Source: Octopus vulgaris
Lineage: Eukaryota
Assembly: GCA_951406725.2 (NCBI GenBank)
Contig: OX597827.1
Location: 1,116,001 to 1,180,000, forward strand
Length of the DNA: 64,000 bases
Reading direction: 5' to 3'
The translations under genes and the position numbers were made by a program. The notes under the pieces are model-generated. The model was given only the letters and a program-made list of their open reading frames with translations. It did not search any database and had not been told where the DNA came from. This document shows, piece after piece, positions 1 through 14,235 of the stretch (positions within the stretch are counted from its first letter, which is position 1; each line of letters opens with the position of its first letter).

Positions 1-229
1 GCAAAAGAAATTAACAGAATAAGTACCAAACTGAAAGTATGTAATGCAGTCGATTTGCTCGACTTAAACCCTTCACTTTAGCGCTCCTGAATGGCCGCAG
101 TCCAGAAAAAAAAAGAAAAGAGATATCGATGCTAACCAGAAGACATCTTTATTGCCAAACTACTGCCTCCCATTAAGATTAAAATAAATAAATAAACAAA
201 TATATAAACTCCTTCGCCGGTTGCCGAAC

Positions 230-790
230 GAAATCATACTACAGACACACCCCATTTCACGCTTAACTCAAGTTACGGGATTTTGAGCGAACGAAAATTG
301 TGAAGTATGATCACTGATTTCGGGATACGGTCTGTAATTTTCCTCTTACGGAAAATCGAATAAACTTTAAGAATTTTATAATGTACGCTTTCTTCTAAGC
401 GAAAAGTCCGATTCGAATTTTACAACATGAAAATCAATGAGAAAATTAATTTCATTTTTCGGGATTTTTCCCGTTTCGAAAAGTTTTTTTCAAGAGCACA
501 TTACTTTCGTATTTACCTGAATAACCTAAGGTATGTGTTTTCAAAGGACTCCTGAGGACCTCCTAGGGGTCGGTGAGCAACTACAGGGAATCGATGATAG
601 CCAAGGAGTCGGCGTGCGAAAGACCAGCTCACTCAGCTGAACTGCATGAAATAGTTAGCGCCATGAAACGTGGGAAAACGGGATAAACTTTCGCTGTTGC
701 TAACGTTCGCGGCCGGATGTCGTAAAATGTATCGTAATCGAAGATTGAGGGGTGCGACTGAAGGTATACGGACTGTCAAGTGTTTGCTTA
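230..790. promoter_or_regulatory. CpG-retaining unique segment, possible promoter/first-exon region
   Basis: Non-repetitive and visibly CpG-rich relative to most of the window; donor-like AAG|GTATGT at ~530 (+) and CAG|GTAAAT at ~516 (-). Function is inference only. Confidence 0.25.
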
Positions 791-2289
791 TAGAAATTGC
801 CTGAACTGGGAGGAATGAGGTGATTTGAGACTGAAATTGACCAATGCCTTGATTCAAAATCACCGTGCTCACACCTCATATTGATGCTGTCAATTGCAAT
901 AAAAGATATTACAGCCATATGATGCGATTTTCACATCTTCTAATCATGAAAACAATTTCATAAAAATTGAAAGTTTAATACTGTAAACTTGCACATGTAA
1001 TTTTAGATGTAAAAAGAGAGTCATCTTCAATAGAATTTCTTATGGTAGGGTAGGGTATTAAGATATTTTAAATTAGAGTGGTCGATGCGGAAGGAAAAGT
1101 GACTAAAGGGATCAATAGTCGAAAAGTTTGGTGACCTCCTACCAAACAAAAACTCTCGTAAAGAAAATAGTGCAAGGGAGATAACCTGTAATGTATTCGA
1201 TGTTTTAAAGGGAAATAATTCTTGATTGAAGATATTCAGAAACAATTATTTCTAATAAAAGTAACGAGTTTTTCCTCCCGCTTCCAGAAATCCGGGAACA
1301 TTGTACAATATCAAGTTATATACTGAAGCCTGTATTCACTAAAGAGGTCCCGTTTTTGAAGCTGGTTAAATAAGAGCTTTGTGGTTTACTTCTTTAAGTG
1401 GATTATTAAAGATGCTCTGCTCTAGAAGCGTATTAATTCATACTTGAATCTGTTAAAAAATATCGTGTTTTTAAAGTATTTTTTCTTCATTTAATTATCA
1501 TCCTATATACATTACACTAATACATGTTGCAGTGTAATATATTTTAAGGATTCTAAGTAGATTAACAGATATCAATCGGATCCTGTTTTAAATATGAATG
1601 AATTGCAATCTGTCAAATACAATTTTACTACTTCACAGATCATAGTTTATTTTATATCGCAAGTATATATTTAGACTATTTCCAGAAAACCAGGACGCTT
1701 CCAGTCCCAAGTCACCGAATCCAAACTGTCTTAACATATGCACAGCCAAGCATAGTGTATCATGTACAACTTGACCTACCCTTTCTGACAGACTAAGTGT
1801 TGGTATACTTTTCTCTTAACAAATCTAGAGACAGAGAGAAGAGCTAAAGTGAAGTTTTAGTCATACAGACTTTCTGGACTGTAACGCCATATATGGTAGC
1901 TGGAGCCAACAGGTCAAGGTAACAATTTATCAATGAGAGTTTTATAGCAAGTTGTGTGTTTTCATATTTACAGTCATACGTAAAATAGCTCAAATCTTTG
2001 TATTTTTGTATTGAAATGATTTAGACATAAATTAGACTTTTACTAATTAAAACTTTGATCATAATTGAACAAGAATTTCAGTTCCTGAAAAATAGTATCC
2101 AGTTAAAAGTCAACCGCTACTGTATAAGTATATGGCTTGAAATCAGAGTAAGGTTTAATGTATTAGATAAATGCAAATATGTCAGGTGTAATAACCTCGT
2201 GTGTATTTAGCAAAGTTTAGTTTGTTACAAGAATTCAGGCCAAATTACCATTTTGAAGATATTTTTCTCATATCTTAAAACTGATATCG

Positions 2290-2480
2290 ATAGAGCTGAA
2301 AAGTCCCTGGTTTGGGTAAAAAATACCGGAGAATCAATCAATTATTATTTTATTCAACATATTACCCTCTCAGATTCGCACACTTACTATAATGGTCCTT
2401 CAGTTTTTTCTAAGCCCTGTAAAAAAACTCGGCAAGCTGAGAATTCAATCAGGCTTTTCGCAATACCCTTAAAGCCATGA
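2290..2480. mobile_element. Tc1/mariner-type MITE, degenerate copy
   Basis: Similar to 11992-12193 and 43420-43640 (gctgaaaagtccctgg end, ctcagattcgcacacttactat body). Confidence 0.6.
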
Positions 2481-2831
2481 AAGTTTCAACACTCCATCGG
2501 AAATCTGTGAAATCTTAAACAAGCCTGGCAGGACGAGTGAAGGGAAGAGACTGGAGCAGACACTGATACACGGAACTATTGGCTATTTTCTAATGTCTAA
2601 CCAGGAATTTCTTATATCCAAATATGCAGAAGAATGAGTGATGACCTTCCAAATGTAGTTACTAAACTTGGAATCTTGAAAATAAAACGAATAAAAGCAG
2701 CGACGTTTTAGTTAGTTGGAGAGAAGACAGAATCCATCCTCGTTCAATTTAAGCTTAAAACACTTCAAAAATGCGCGCTAAGAAACATAAATTTGTATTG
2801 CTTCCACGGTATTATTTTTATCATTTATCGT

Positions 2832-3042
2832 TTTATCTTTTACTTGTTTCAGGCATTAAACTGCGGCCATGCTGAGGCACCTTTAGTCGAATGAATCGAC
2901 CCTAGTAATTATTTGTTTTAAAGTCTGATACTTACTTTAACAATCTTTTTTGACGAATTGTTCGATTTTACAAAAAAAAAACGTAAACACACCAACAACC
3001 GTTGTCAAACGGTGGTGAGGGAGAAACACACACACACATACG

Positions 3043-3077
<35 letters not shown>

Positions 3078-3254
3078 GCGCGCGACAGGCTTCTTTCAGT
3101 TTCCGTCAGACGAATCCACCCACAAGGCTTTAGTAGACCCGAGGCTAAAGTAGAAGACTCGAACCTAAAGTACAAGACATACGTCAAGGTGCCATGTACT
3201 GGGATTGAACCCAGAACCATGTGGTTGAGAAGCAAACTTTCTACCACATAGCTA
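2832..3254 (-). mobile_element. tRNA-derived SINE family A (CORE-like, internal CA/TA microsatellite)
   Basis: Reverse complement of the recurring head ggctgtgtggtaag...ggttcagtccca...accttgggcaag seen many times in the window. Confidence 0.85.
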
Positions 3255-3642
3255 TATATTATTTTCTTTTTTGGGGTTTCTTTTTTGGTTCGAGCCCAGA
3301 TCTTATAGGGGCCGGGCACCCCGGCTTACATGTATAAAAGGCCGAAATCGCGGGACTGTTTTGAAAGGGACGCCGGTCCGTTGCAGGGGTTCAAGGTTTG
3401 TAATTTTAAGAGGTGGGGGAACAAGTCGGTACTTGACTTGTATTTTATTTTATGGGATTTGAACTCGAAACGTAAAGGGACCGAACAAATGACGCTACAT
3501 GTTTTGTCCAAGGTGTTAACGCTTCTGCCAGCCTGCCACCACAAGACTTATTTACAGCCAGGTGAGATGAGCTAACGGAAAATAAGAGGCCGGGGATAAG
3601 ATGCGGTCTCCGCGGGTGGACACGAAGTGCCAACCTTTCTAG
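3255..3642 (+). mobile_element. Possible non-autonomous Helitron (CpG-rich)
   Basis: Ends in an imperfect hairpin ggtggacac-gaa-gtgccaacc followed by CTAG|T at 3639-3643; 5' end not defined. Confidence 0.4.
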
Positions 3643-3752
3643 TCAGTGATCATGCTGTCACCTTGTGTGTGTGTGTGTGTGCGCGCACACCAAGTAAATC
3701 CAAGAAAATACACTGTCACCTTGTCTGTATGTGTATTTATGTGTGAGTGTGC

Positions 3753-3800
<48 letters not shown>

Positions 3801-4104
3801 AGAAGCAGAGAGGAAGAGAGAGCGGAAGGAGAGAGGAAGAGAGAGCGGAAGGAGAGAGAGAGAGGAACTAGAGAGAGAGAGAGAAATGAAAGAATAAATT
3901 TCTCGCCTCTCAGTAAATCCAAGAAAGGACAAGAAAATACGTAACGATCTAAGGGAAGCAACTGCTACTAGACAACCCTGTCTTGCAAGGGAATTAACTC
4001 ATTTTTAGCCGGTTTCAACATGATACCGTCACTAATGTTTCCAATGGAGCCAATTTTTATGTTCACTGAATTTTCCAATTAAATGAAATATTAAACATGA
4101 TCTA

Positions 4105-4376
4105 ACTCAGAACGTAGCAGCAGACGAAATACGGCTACGCATTTTGCTCGGTGTACTAACGATTCTTTTCTACTCTAGGCACAAGTCCCGAAATTTCAGG
4201 GTGGGGTGCAGTCGATTAGATCGATCCCAGAACGCAACTGATACTTAATTTATCGACCCCGAAAGGATGAAAGGCAAAGTCGACCTCGGCGGAATTTGAA
4301 CTCATAACATAAAGACAGACGAAATACTGCTAAGCATTTCGCCTGGCATTCTAACGATTCTGCTAGATCGCCGCCT
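4105..4376 (-). mobile_element. tRNA-derived SINE family B (one full copy plus a fragment)
   Basis: Reverse complement of ggcggcga.ct.gcagaatcgttag...gagttcaaattccgccgaggtcgactttgcc; related copies at 4962-5146, 5820-5910, 6716-6944, 10050-10200, 20290-20488, 27685-27895, 32885-33280, 49701-49928, 57526-57709. Confidence 0.85.
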
Positions 4377-5217
4377 TTATATAAAAATAACAGCAATAAT
4401 CTAATTAGAGAGATTTTTCCAAACTGGGCCCCAAGCCAAGAGCTGGCCCATCGCACACGTTCGAGCGAAGGACGCAATGATGAATGTTTAGTAGACCATT
4501 GTGGCTAACGGTGTCGCCTCAAACACTCAACGCTTTTTGACTAGGATTGGCGTACTACACGAAGCATAAAGCGTCAACCTTCAGCTTTGTTGAGTAGAAG
4601 GCCCCATTGACAATTCTCTAATTGGGTCTCGTACTTCCTAGCGCTGGTGCTGTTCTTCACGACCGTTTTCTCTTTATCTCTCAACAAATCATTGGCCTCG
4701 AACAGATACAAGTTACAAGAGCGCTGATTAAGCCGATTGCCTGATTTCTTCCCGAAGATGTTTGAGGTTTCGCACTGTAATTAGGAATGTTGATCATTTT
4801 CAGATCTTTATTAGGTCTCGTCCTCCTTCCTATTTCTTGAAGCAATTTTAGTGTCTTGATCTTCCGCTCGCTGTTCGCAGTACCGTCATGTTCCAGAAGA
4901 TTATGGAAAATGGTACCATAGACCTCTGTGCCGATCGCTGGCTTTTGGACTTCTGATCTTGATGGGAGGGGATAAATCAACGACTTCGACCCCAATGCGT
5001 GACTGGTACCTTACTTTATCGATCCCGAACAGATGGAAGGTAAAGTTGACCCCGGCAGGATTTGAACTCAATACAGAAGGAGCCGGAAGAAATGACGCTA
5101 AGACTTTTGTCCGATATACTAACGATTCTGTCAGCAGCTCGCTGCCTTCTATGCATGTTTGTCTTTACCTAGAATTAGGAGGGATATCATTTCCAAACAC
5201 ACAAATATGTATGTATG

Positions 5218-5442
5218 TACTCTTTTACTCTCTGTACTCTTTTACCGGTTTCAGTCATTTGACTGCGGCCATGCTGGAGCACTGCCTTTAGTCGAGCAAA
5301 TCGACCCTAGGACTTATTTTTTGTAAGCCTTGTACTTATTCTATCGGTCTCTTTTGCCGAACCGCTAAGTTACGGCGACGTAAACACACCAGCATTGGTT
5401 GTCAAGCAATGTTGGGGGGGGGGACAATCACAGACACACAAA

Positions 5443-5531
<89 letters not shown>

Positions 5532-5694
5532 GAAGGGCTTCTTTCAGTTTCCGTCAATCAAATCCACTCACGAGACTTTGGTTGGCTCGATGCTATAGTA
5601 GAAGACACTTGCCCAAGGTTCCACGCAGTGGGAGTGAACCCGGAACCATGTGGTTGGTAAACAAGCTACTTACCATACAGCCACTCCTACGCCT
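5218..5694 (-). mobile_element. SINE family A, near full length
   Basis: Complete head/body/tail with internal (CA)n(TA)n; CpGs largely intact. Confidence 0.9.
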
Positions 5695-5949
5695 ATGTAT
5701 GTATGTATGTATGTATGTATGTATGTATGTATGTATGTATGTATGTATGTATGTATGTGTGTATGTATGTATGTATGTATGTGTGTATGTATGTATGTAT
5801 GACGAGCGTGTGCGTATTTAAGACGGCCGACTGGCAGAGTCGTTAGAATGTCGGATAGAATGTTGTGCGTCTACTCTTTCCAATTCTCTGTATTCTGAGT
5901 TCAAATTCAAAGCTTAAGGCTTGGAAAGGAAATATGGCACCGTACTATG

Positions 5950-6460
5950 AACTGAGACTTCACTTACGGGTCGTAAAGAAATGCCTAACCTTCATTCCGT
6001 GTCACCAGATCGAAAAAGAAAAATCAAATAAAACATCTTCGTCGGTCTCCAATGCTTCTAACATATCAGAGCAGAGTTTTCACTCTCCATTCTTTCAGAT
6101 CGGCTGTCAACTACACAGATGCTCACTTAGCACATAATTTAGGATAACCAAAGCCTTCCACCAGTTTCTGTAAAGTATTACGACACAGTCCAGTTTTGCA
6201 GCAAATTCAGAGATTGTCACTCGTCTGTCCGCGCAAACCAGGTCGTCGAGTCACTGGCGATTTGTGTCAGTTGTCGCAGTTGATGGTTTCCCACTGCGTG
6301 GTTTGTCTGCAATGCTGTTTTCCCCTTCTTTAAAAGCTTCATCCATTTCTGTACACAGCCGTTGTCTTGTCAGTACAGTCATCTCTGCAAATGACATGGC
6401 CTTCAGTGGATGTCAGACTGTCGGCACTTCCTAACTTCATCAAAAACTCAAAAAAGGGTA
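5950..6460 (-). pseudogene. Decayed mariner (Tc1/mariner) transposase, N-terminal half
   Basis: Manual minus-strand translation gives FKEGENSIADKPRSGKPST...DRRVTISEFAAKLDC and GYPKLCAK* (cf. the mariner GYxKxxARWVP motif), with stops and frameshifts. Confidence 0.85.
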
Positions 6461-6715
6461 CCTCGCTTCTACTTAGATCATGTAATGAAAAACAAGAAGA
6501 ATTATTATAAAAGAGACGTTACTCGACCAACATGTACATTTTGAAAGACCTGTGTCAGTTAATAAAAGACTATGCCCACCTTTGCATTACTTCCACAACA
6601 CTGGTATGTATATGAATACGCTTGAGTGTGTGTGTGTGTGTGTGTATACATACACACATACACACATACATACATACATACATACATACATACATACATA
6701 CATACATACATACAT

Positions 6716-6944
6716 TTCTTTACTACCCACAAGGGGCTAAACACAGAGGAGACAAACAAGGACAGACAAACGGATTAAGTCGATTACATCGACCCCAGTG
6801 CGTAACTGGTACTTAATTTATCGACCCCGGAAGGATGAAAGGCATAGTCGACCTCGGCGGAATTTAAACTCGGAACGTAACGGCAGACGAAATACGGCAA
6901 CGCATTTCGTCCGGCGTGCTCAAGTTTCTGCCAGCTCACCGCCT
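6716..6944 (-). mobile_element. SINE family B
   Basis: Matches the other family B copies, with the aagaaat-type tail. Confidence 0.85.
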
Positions 6945-6979
6945 TATATACATATATATATACATACATATATATATGA

Positions 6980-7430
6980 TCGAATCTCTCGCCGAGGACG
7001 ACGTATGAGTGTTCAAGCTTTGCAGAGCGCATGCACAGAGTAGGTCTGTTCACACGGGCCGGCCATCTTCACAACATTCACTCACCTATCAACAAAAGCA
7101 TTGGGGGCAGTACTACCCTCTTTGACTCCTCTTTGTTTTTCAAGTGGAACTTGGAAAAGTCGATGGAGGCTTGGCCGAAGAGGAAAGTATCCATCTTCAG
7201 TTCTTTCAACCTCGTTCGCTATAGCCACCAGACAAAGGAAAAGTGTCTTCCCTTCCCGGCCAAAAGAAGGTAGCGGACCGATCCTCATGATGGACTCGGC
7301 AGATAGTCGGATCCGTTCTACATGTGTCAACTGCTGTTTGACAAAAACTCCTTGTGCTGCACTATAGCTGACTCTCTCTGTTAAATCGATGTCGTTTGAA
7401 CAGGGGCACAGTGTTTCATGCATCAGATGT
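6980..7430 (-). mobile_element. Decayed non-LTR retrotransposon ORF2 C-terminal fragment (L1/Tx1-like, tentative)
   Basis: Coding-like, frameshifted segment (RIRLSAESIMRIGPLPSFGREGKTLFLCLVAIA...RLKELKMDTFLFGQ). Family assignment is from resemblance only; no catalytic motif seen. Confidence 0.4.
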
Positions 7431-7751
7431 GGAAGGGATCGAGAGCAACGTGAAATGAAGAATTCTGCTCAAAAGATCAACGCAACACTCTGTCCAGAGA
7501 TTGAGATGACGATCTGATGATCGTGACTGCAACACCCTAACCAAAAGATGATGTTTCTAACGAGTGCCATTTCAGGTTTTTCCCTATCTCGAATGAGAAA
7601 CAGACTGGACAGGACCTATAATACTGTACAGTGTGTGTGTACGTGCATACGTGCGTGTATGTGTGCATGTATTTCGCTTAAGTACTGGTCGAGAACTCAA
7701 TGTACAATGCTTCAGAACAAAGCAGTAGTCGAGTACAGAGCGGTAAGAAGA

Positions 7752-7933
7752 AAATGAAATGACGAAGGAATAAACGATTATCTTATGAACTTCATTGGCT
7801 TACAGCTGTTTCTGCTATAAAAATGCAGCGGACTCATAGTCCAGTGCCTGTGTAACACTGCATCTGATGGCAGAAATAGCTGTCAGCTAATGAAGTTCAT
7901 AGGATAATTGTTTATTCCTTTGTCATCTAATTT
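7752..7933. repeat. Fold-back element, ~76-bp imperfect inverted arms
   Basis: 7752-7828 is the reverse complement of 7858-7933 with scattered mismatches; arms carry GAAA(C/T)AGCTGT. Confidence 0.9.
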
Positions 7934-7962
7934 CCATGTGTATATGTGTGAAGATATATATA

Positions 7963-8034
<72 letters not shown>

Positions 8035-8222
8035 GTGAAACAGCACAAATGGGACGACAGGAATCAAATAAGATTAGACGGTCAACGTGAGACGTTACAA
8101 GTACAGAAAAATTCGATGGACAAAATTAAAACACACAAGAAAAAAGAAACAAAAAATGAAACGATACCAAGTTGAAGCATGCATGAATCCTTCTGGATAG
8201 AATATAACGTGTGTGTGTGTAG

Positions 8223-8258
<36 letters not shown>

Positions 8259-8425
8259 TTGTTTTTATGTATAGTCATTTATTAAAACACTCACTAATTG
8301 AAGTATCATTCAGTCTATTTATAACCAATTTTATTTTACCATGGAAAATGTTGATAGTCACTTCGAAGTTTCGGCCCTGTCATTTTTGTAAGATAGTTAC
8401 GTGAAAGCAACTGAGCTTAATGTAG

Positions 8426-8472
<47 letters not shown>

Positions 8473-9150
8473 ACACGCGCGTAGGCACGCGCGCAGGCGT
8501 ATCCCAAACTAATTTCTTGTAAGACGTGGATCACTTTTAGTATTTGAATTAAGATGGTGTTTTGTGAGATTCATATTTGTTTAGTTATTCCATAACATCA
8601 CTGATATATATATTATGTATGTTTCCTGGCTAAATAGCTTTCACAGTAGGCCACTATCAGGTTATTTTCACTCGCTCAGTAAGAAAGATAATTTTTGCGG
8701 TGTCTAAAATACATTTGTTTTGTTCCCTTTACACATTCCAGTCTCTTCATGAATTCAAACTTGAAGGCCGACTGCTATACAATCTGTAAAATTCTCAGAA
8801 AGCCTGTGCCTCTCTACACCAGTTAAAGAAGCCAAAAGTTGCAGAAACATTTCACGAGAGGCTCCGGTAAAGAGTATACATGCATATGTAAGTGAAGAAT
8901 GGAGCAGCTGATATTACATCTATTATAGGATTTACAATTGTTTCAACCACGACCGGGTGACAAATAAAACATCACAGACCTGCATGAAGATAATGATATA
9001 TTCATGTGTATTGAGTAATGCTTATTACATAATAGCCTCCGCTCTGCCATTTAATTATAACCGGACGAATGGAGATGATATATAAACCAAACTGACAGTT
9101 TCACTTATATAAGAAAAGTTTTGCAATGGATTCAAGTAGGAGGGGAAAAG

Positions 9151-9223
<73 letters not shown>

Positions 9224-9419
9224 AGGATATGTTCAAAATTCGTTACTTTCATTGAATTATTTCACAAAGACATTGGTTATAACCCCAACAAAATTTCTAT
9301 TTAATTGCAGTGTATGTACCTATATAGGTGAATATGTGTGTCTTTGTATGTATGTGTGTGTCTTTGTGTGTGTGTGCGTGCATGTGTGTGTGTTGTGTGT
9401 GTGTGTGTGTGCGTGTGTG

Positions 9420-9620
9420 GCAAAATGAAAATAACAGGACAAAAGACAAAATAAAAGTTGTGATTAGTTTAAACATCAGAGAAACAGAAATAGCCTCAGC
9501 GTTTCGGATGGAAATCATTCATCAGACAAAAGTATAAAGTGAACGAAAGAAAAAAGACAGAAAGGAAAGGAAAAACAAAGAAGAAGAACATCACACGTGT
9601 AGAAGCACTACAGCGCCATT
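9420..9620 (-). mobile_element. Short element with degenerate minimal hammerhead motif (9497-9530)
   Basis: Minus strand CTGATGA-A-TGAT ttcc ATCC-GAAACG; layout resembles 23510-23690. Confidence 0.5.
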
Positions 9621-10519
9621 TTAAATGAAGTCGACAAGGAAAGAAAAATGTTTAAGGTGTGGGATTTATTTGTGAATGTTTGCATGTGTGTGTATGTATT
9701 TTCATTTTATTTCTCAGTGTGTGATACTAGCATTTTGTGCGAAGTGGTTGTAGTTGTGTGTGTTGTGTGTGTGTGTGTGTGCAAGTGCAGGCTGAACGTT
9801 TGGTTTACAGTTTGTAAATATATGGGTTTGAAGTGAGAAGCTGAACGTACAGCTATCGTTTTTTTTTCTCTCAAATGCTTTAGTATGTTTTTGTGGAAGT
9901 GTTATGGGTGTATGTACGTGTTTGTGTGTATTATGGGTGCGTGTATGCATATGTATGCATGTGTCTGTGTGATGATACGTGAAGTGTTTGAAAAAATAAA
10001 ATTAGTTAAGAATTAAGATCGTGGCGGGGGTGAGGCAATAAGTCACAAAAAGTAACAAAGAAACAAAAGTTGATTTAATTAGACCCCTGGGATGAAAAAT
10101 ACAAAGTCAACGTTGGTGGTATTTGAACTCAGAAACTCAGAAGATTAAATAGAGACGAAACCACAAAGCGAAGGAATACTGCCCGACGCTCTACCAATTC
10201 TAAAGAATTATATAAAAACAAGATTAAGTCAATCAGAGTTAAAATAAACGGCAAACAAAGGGAAGTAACTATGATATCGAAAAACTAAGTCACGGATATT
10301 TACCAGATTTTTTCTTGTCAAAAGCACAGATGGGAGCCTCAGAATCACTTGCTTATGGCGGCTGTCGCTATTGCTTAGTTAAAAATATCTCAGCTGATAA
10401 ATTGGTGCAGTCACACCATCAGAGTTCCTGGTTTTGCTCTGTCAAAAACATATAAGTAATGGCTTGTCAAACAATCAACAGATAGGTCTTAATGGATTAT
10501 GTATGTACACGTACACAAA

Positions 10520-11090
<571 letters not shown>

Positions 11091-11225
11091 CCATATATGT
11101 ATTTATTTGCCGTTATGTCAATGTCTGATCATAGAGAAACCAATGGCTGTACATCTATAAAGGGCCTAGCCCCATGGATGACTCATCAGTCTCTAAAGCT
11201 AAAGACTTTATATTCACACACACAT

Positions 11226-11272
<47 letters not shown>

Positions 11273-11516
11273 CACCTGATCCAGAACTGTGATGACTCTA
11301 GAAACAGCATTCCTATTTTCCTCAGTGAACATCGTACAAGTTGTAAGAATTCAGTGTAATATAAAACCTTATACTTTGTCTTTAACTGTGTTGAGTACCT
11401 TTTTGGGGTTTGCAGACACCTTAGCCAATGACAAAGGACACCTGAACTACTATTTATATAAAATTTATGTATGTGTGTATATACATATATACATGTCTTT
11501 GCATATATATCTAAAC

Positions 11517-11594
<78 letters not shown>

Positions 11595-11991
11595 ACACAC
11601 ACACATTACAATCTAGCAGCTATCAGAAAGAAACCAACAACTAAAACTATGTAAATTTTATAAGAAAAACATGTCAACTTCCATAACTGATATAAGAGAT
11701 TAATTTCTTTAAATTATTTCCCATTCTGATAAAGCATGGCAAAATCTTTGAAAATAAAAATAAAACATGGAAAGTTCCAGAACTGATTTGGAAGATTACT
11801 TCATTTTCCATTCTTTAACAGCATGATCAAATCAACTTTAAAATGATAGAAACCGGTAGCATATTTTGATAAATATGTAAATATTTTCTTTCTTTTGTCC
11901 ATGATAAAGTCCCCAAAGCATTTTCTTTTTTTTTTTTTAAATATAAATTTCTTGTGTGAAACCTTCAACCTTTTCAATGTATGTCTGTGTA

Positions 11992-12193
11992 TACGAAGGG
12001 GTGCTGAAAAGTTCCTGGCTTTGGGTGAAAAAATACAGGAGCATCAGTTAATTATGATTCCATTCAACACATTGCCCTCTCAGATTTATACACTTATTGC
12101 AGCAATCATGCAGTTTTTCTAAGAACTCAGAAGGCTGGGCCCCCAACCAGCACTTTCATGTTACCATTAAAGCCAGAAACAGTGCCCCTTGTA
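11992..12193. mobile_element. Tc1/mariner-type MITE
   Basis: Starts TA-cgaaggggtgctgaaaagttcctggct; degenerate opposite TIR. Confidence 0.7.
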
Positions 12194-13577
12194 CGTGGGT
12201 GGGGGGAGTCATTGCCTATCATTTATGTCCATGTGGGTTAAAGTGGAGGAGAGAGAGAGAATGATACATGTATATGTCTATAGACAAATGGTGCGTGTGT
12301 TTCTATAGACACTTATGTATGCATATGTGTGTGAACACTGCTACACAATTCTTATGCCACAGTGACTTTGACAACTCCAACAGCCAAACCGGAACTGTTC
12401 CTCCCGGTAACAGTGCCACGGTTGCTTTTCCACTATTTGACTCAAGCAGTCTGTTTTCAACATCTCACAGAAATACCTGTCCTTTATCCTCTATCCTCTC
12501 TAGGTCCCATTTTCTCATTTTACAAAACCTGAGATCAAAGGACCCCATTTATCCACTTTCAGGACAAAAGAAGGAAATTCCATGCCTTTGATAAAAACAT
12601 GTGCAATCAGTCGGTAAGCAAATATTTAAGCAATGCCATGCAATATAAGATTGCCCACATCACATCTTGGCAACTGGAAAATATGAATGTCAGTTGAATG
12701 AACATTTCTATCTACAGAGACTTCTCAAATATGTTTAAATAAAATTTCATTTCTTGAACTAGAAGAATTTTTGTTTTTTTACAATATACCATAGTCACTT
12801 GCGTAATAAGTTCCACCCCTAACTTAGTGCAAAATCTTGGTGCCAATTTATTTCCCTTCATATTCAAACTTTGTCCCATTTATAAGTGATATGGAACTTA
12901 TACATTAATAAACTTATACATTAATTAAGACTCACAAACCTGGCCCTATAATTAAAATTATATCTAATCTCTCAAGCATAAAAAGCTCTTGTTATGGAAA
13001 AAAACCCCAAAATCTTGACTCCTGTCCAAAATCCTCAGGTTTGTATCCCATGCCTTTCCCAAACATATCAAAAGCTGTAATGATGTCACTGTATCCTTCA
13101 CTTCATAGTATGTGGGCATCCCAGGTTAGGAACCAGAGTTTTACAAACTCTTGAGTTTGTAAAATACTTTACAAAGGGAGAAAGAGGTGAGAAATAATGA
13201 CATTGATTCCTTTCTCAGTACTTTCAAATTTTCCCCCCAATCTCTCTCGCTCTGTGTACCTATCTACCTACCTACCTATCTTCTATATTTGATGGCATAT
13301 AAATGCACTATTTTTACCAAAAATATACCTTGGTAAATCACCCTAAGTCCAGTATGCACCTTTGGGCTTCCTATCAGTTTTAATGCATTAAAACCTTATC
13401 TTTCTTCTTTTGACCATGTGCTGCTAAAATTATGGTGCATCTAATATGCCAATGCGTCTTTGATGCCATCAAATGCAATACACTGCAACCTACTTACTTA
13501 CCATTTCCGACACCCAGACTTCTTTGAATTTCAATTTCAATTTCAATGCTACAATCAATTTTCAAAAAGTGACCATC

Positions 13578-13962
13578 ATGGCTGTGCAGTAAAAAATTTG
13601 CTTCCCAACCACATGGTTCTGGGTTCAGTCCCACAGTGTGACACCTTGGGCAAGTAGATCGTTGGGCCAGCCAAAACCATGTGAATATATTTGGTATTAG
13701 ACAGAAACTAAAAGAAGCTTGTCTACATATCTATCTATCTATCTGTCTGGCACCTGTGCAGGTGGCACGTAAAAAGCACCCACTACACTCACGGAGTGGT
13801 TGGCGTTAGGAAGGGCATCCAGCCGTAGAAACACTGCCAGATCTGACTGGGCCTGACGAAGCCTTCCAGCTTCACAGACCCCAGTTGACCCGTCCAACCC
13901 ATGCTAGCATGGAAAGCGGGCACTAAATGATGATGATGATATACATACATATATATATATAT

Positions 13963-14018
<56 letters not shown>

Positions 14019-14235
14019 CTGTGTTTGTGTGTGTGTGTTGTTCCCTACCTTGCTTGACAACCGGTGTTGGTGTGTTTCTGTCCCCATAAGTTAGTGGTTT
14101 GGCAAAAGAGACCAATAGAATAAGTATAGGCTTAAAAAAAGTCCTGGGATTGATTTGTTCAAACTAAAACCTTTCAAGGCGGTACCCCAGCATGGCCACA
14201 GTCAAATAATTGAAACAAGTAAAAGATAAAAGATG
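13578..14235 (+). mobile_element. SINE family A interrupted by an RTE 3' tail (13745-13940)
   Basis: SINE head at 13578, then ggtggcacgtaaaaagcacc...(GAT)n insert, then the SINE 3' half. Confidence 0.75.

Noticed and set aside
9470-9530. Box C/D snoRNA (TGATGA...CTGA...CTGA on the minus strand)
   Set aside because: Only ~50 nt with no terminal stem; better explained as a decayed hammerhead core in a repeat.
13139-13164. Perfect 12-bp palindrome ttttacaaactc-tt-gagtttgtaaaa
   Set aside because: Real but short, AT-rich and isolated; no supporting context.
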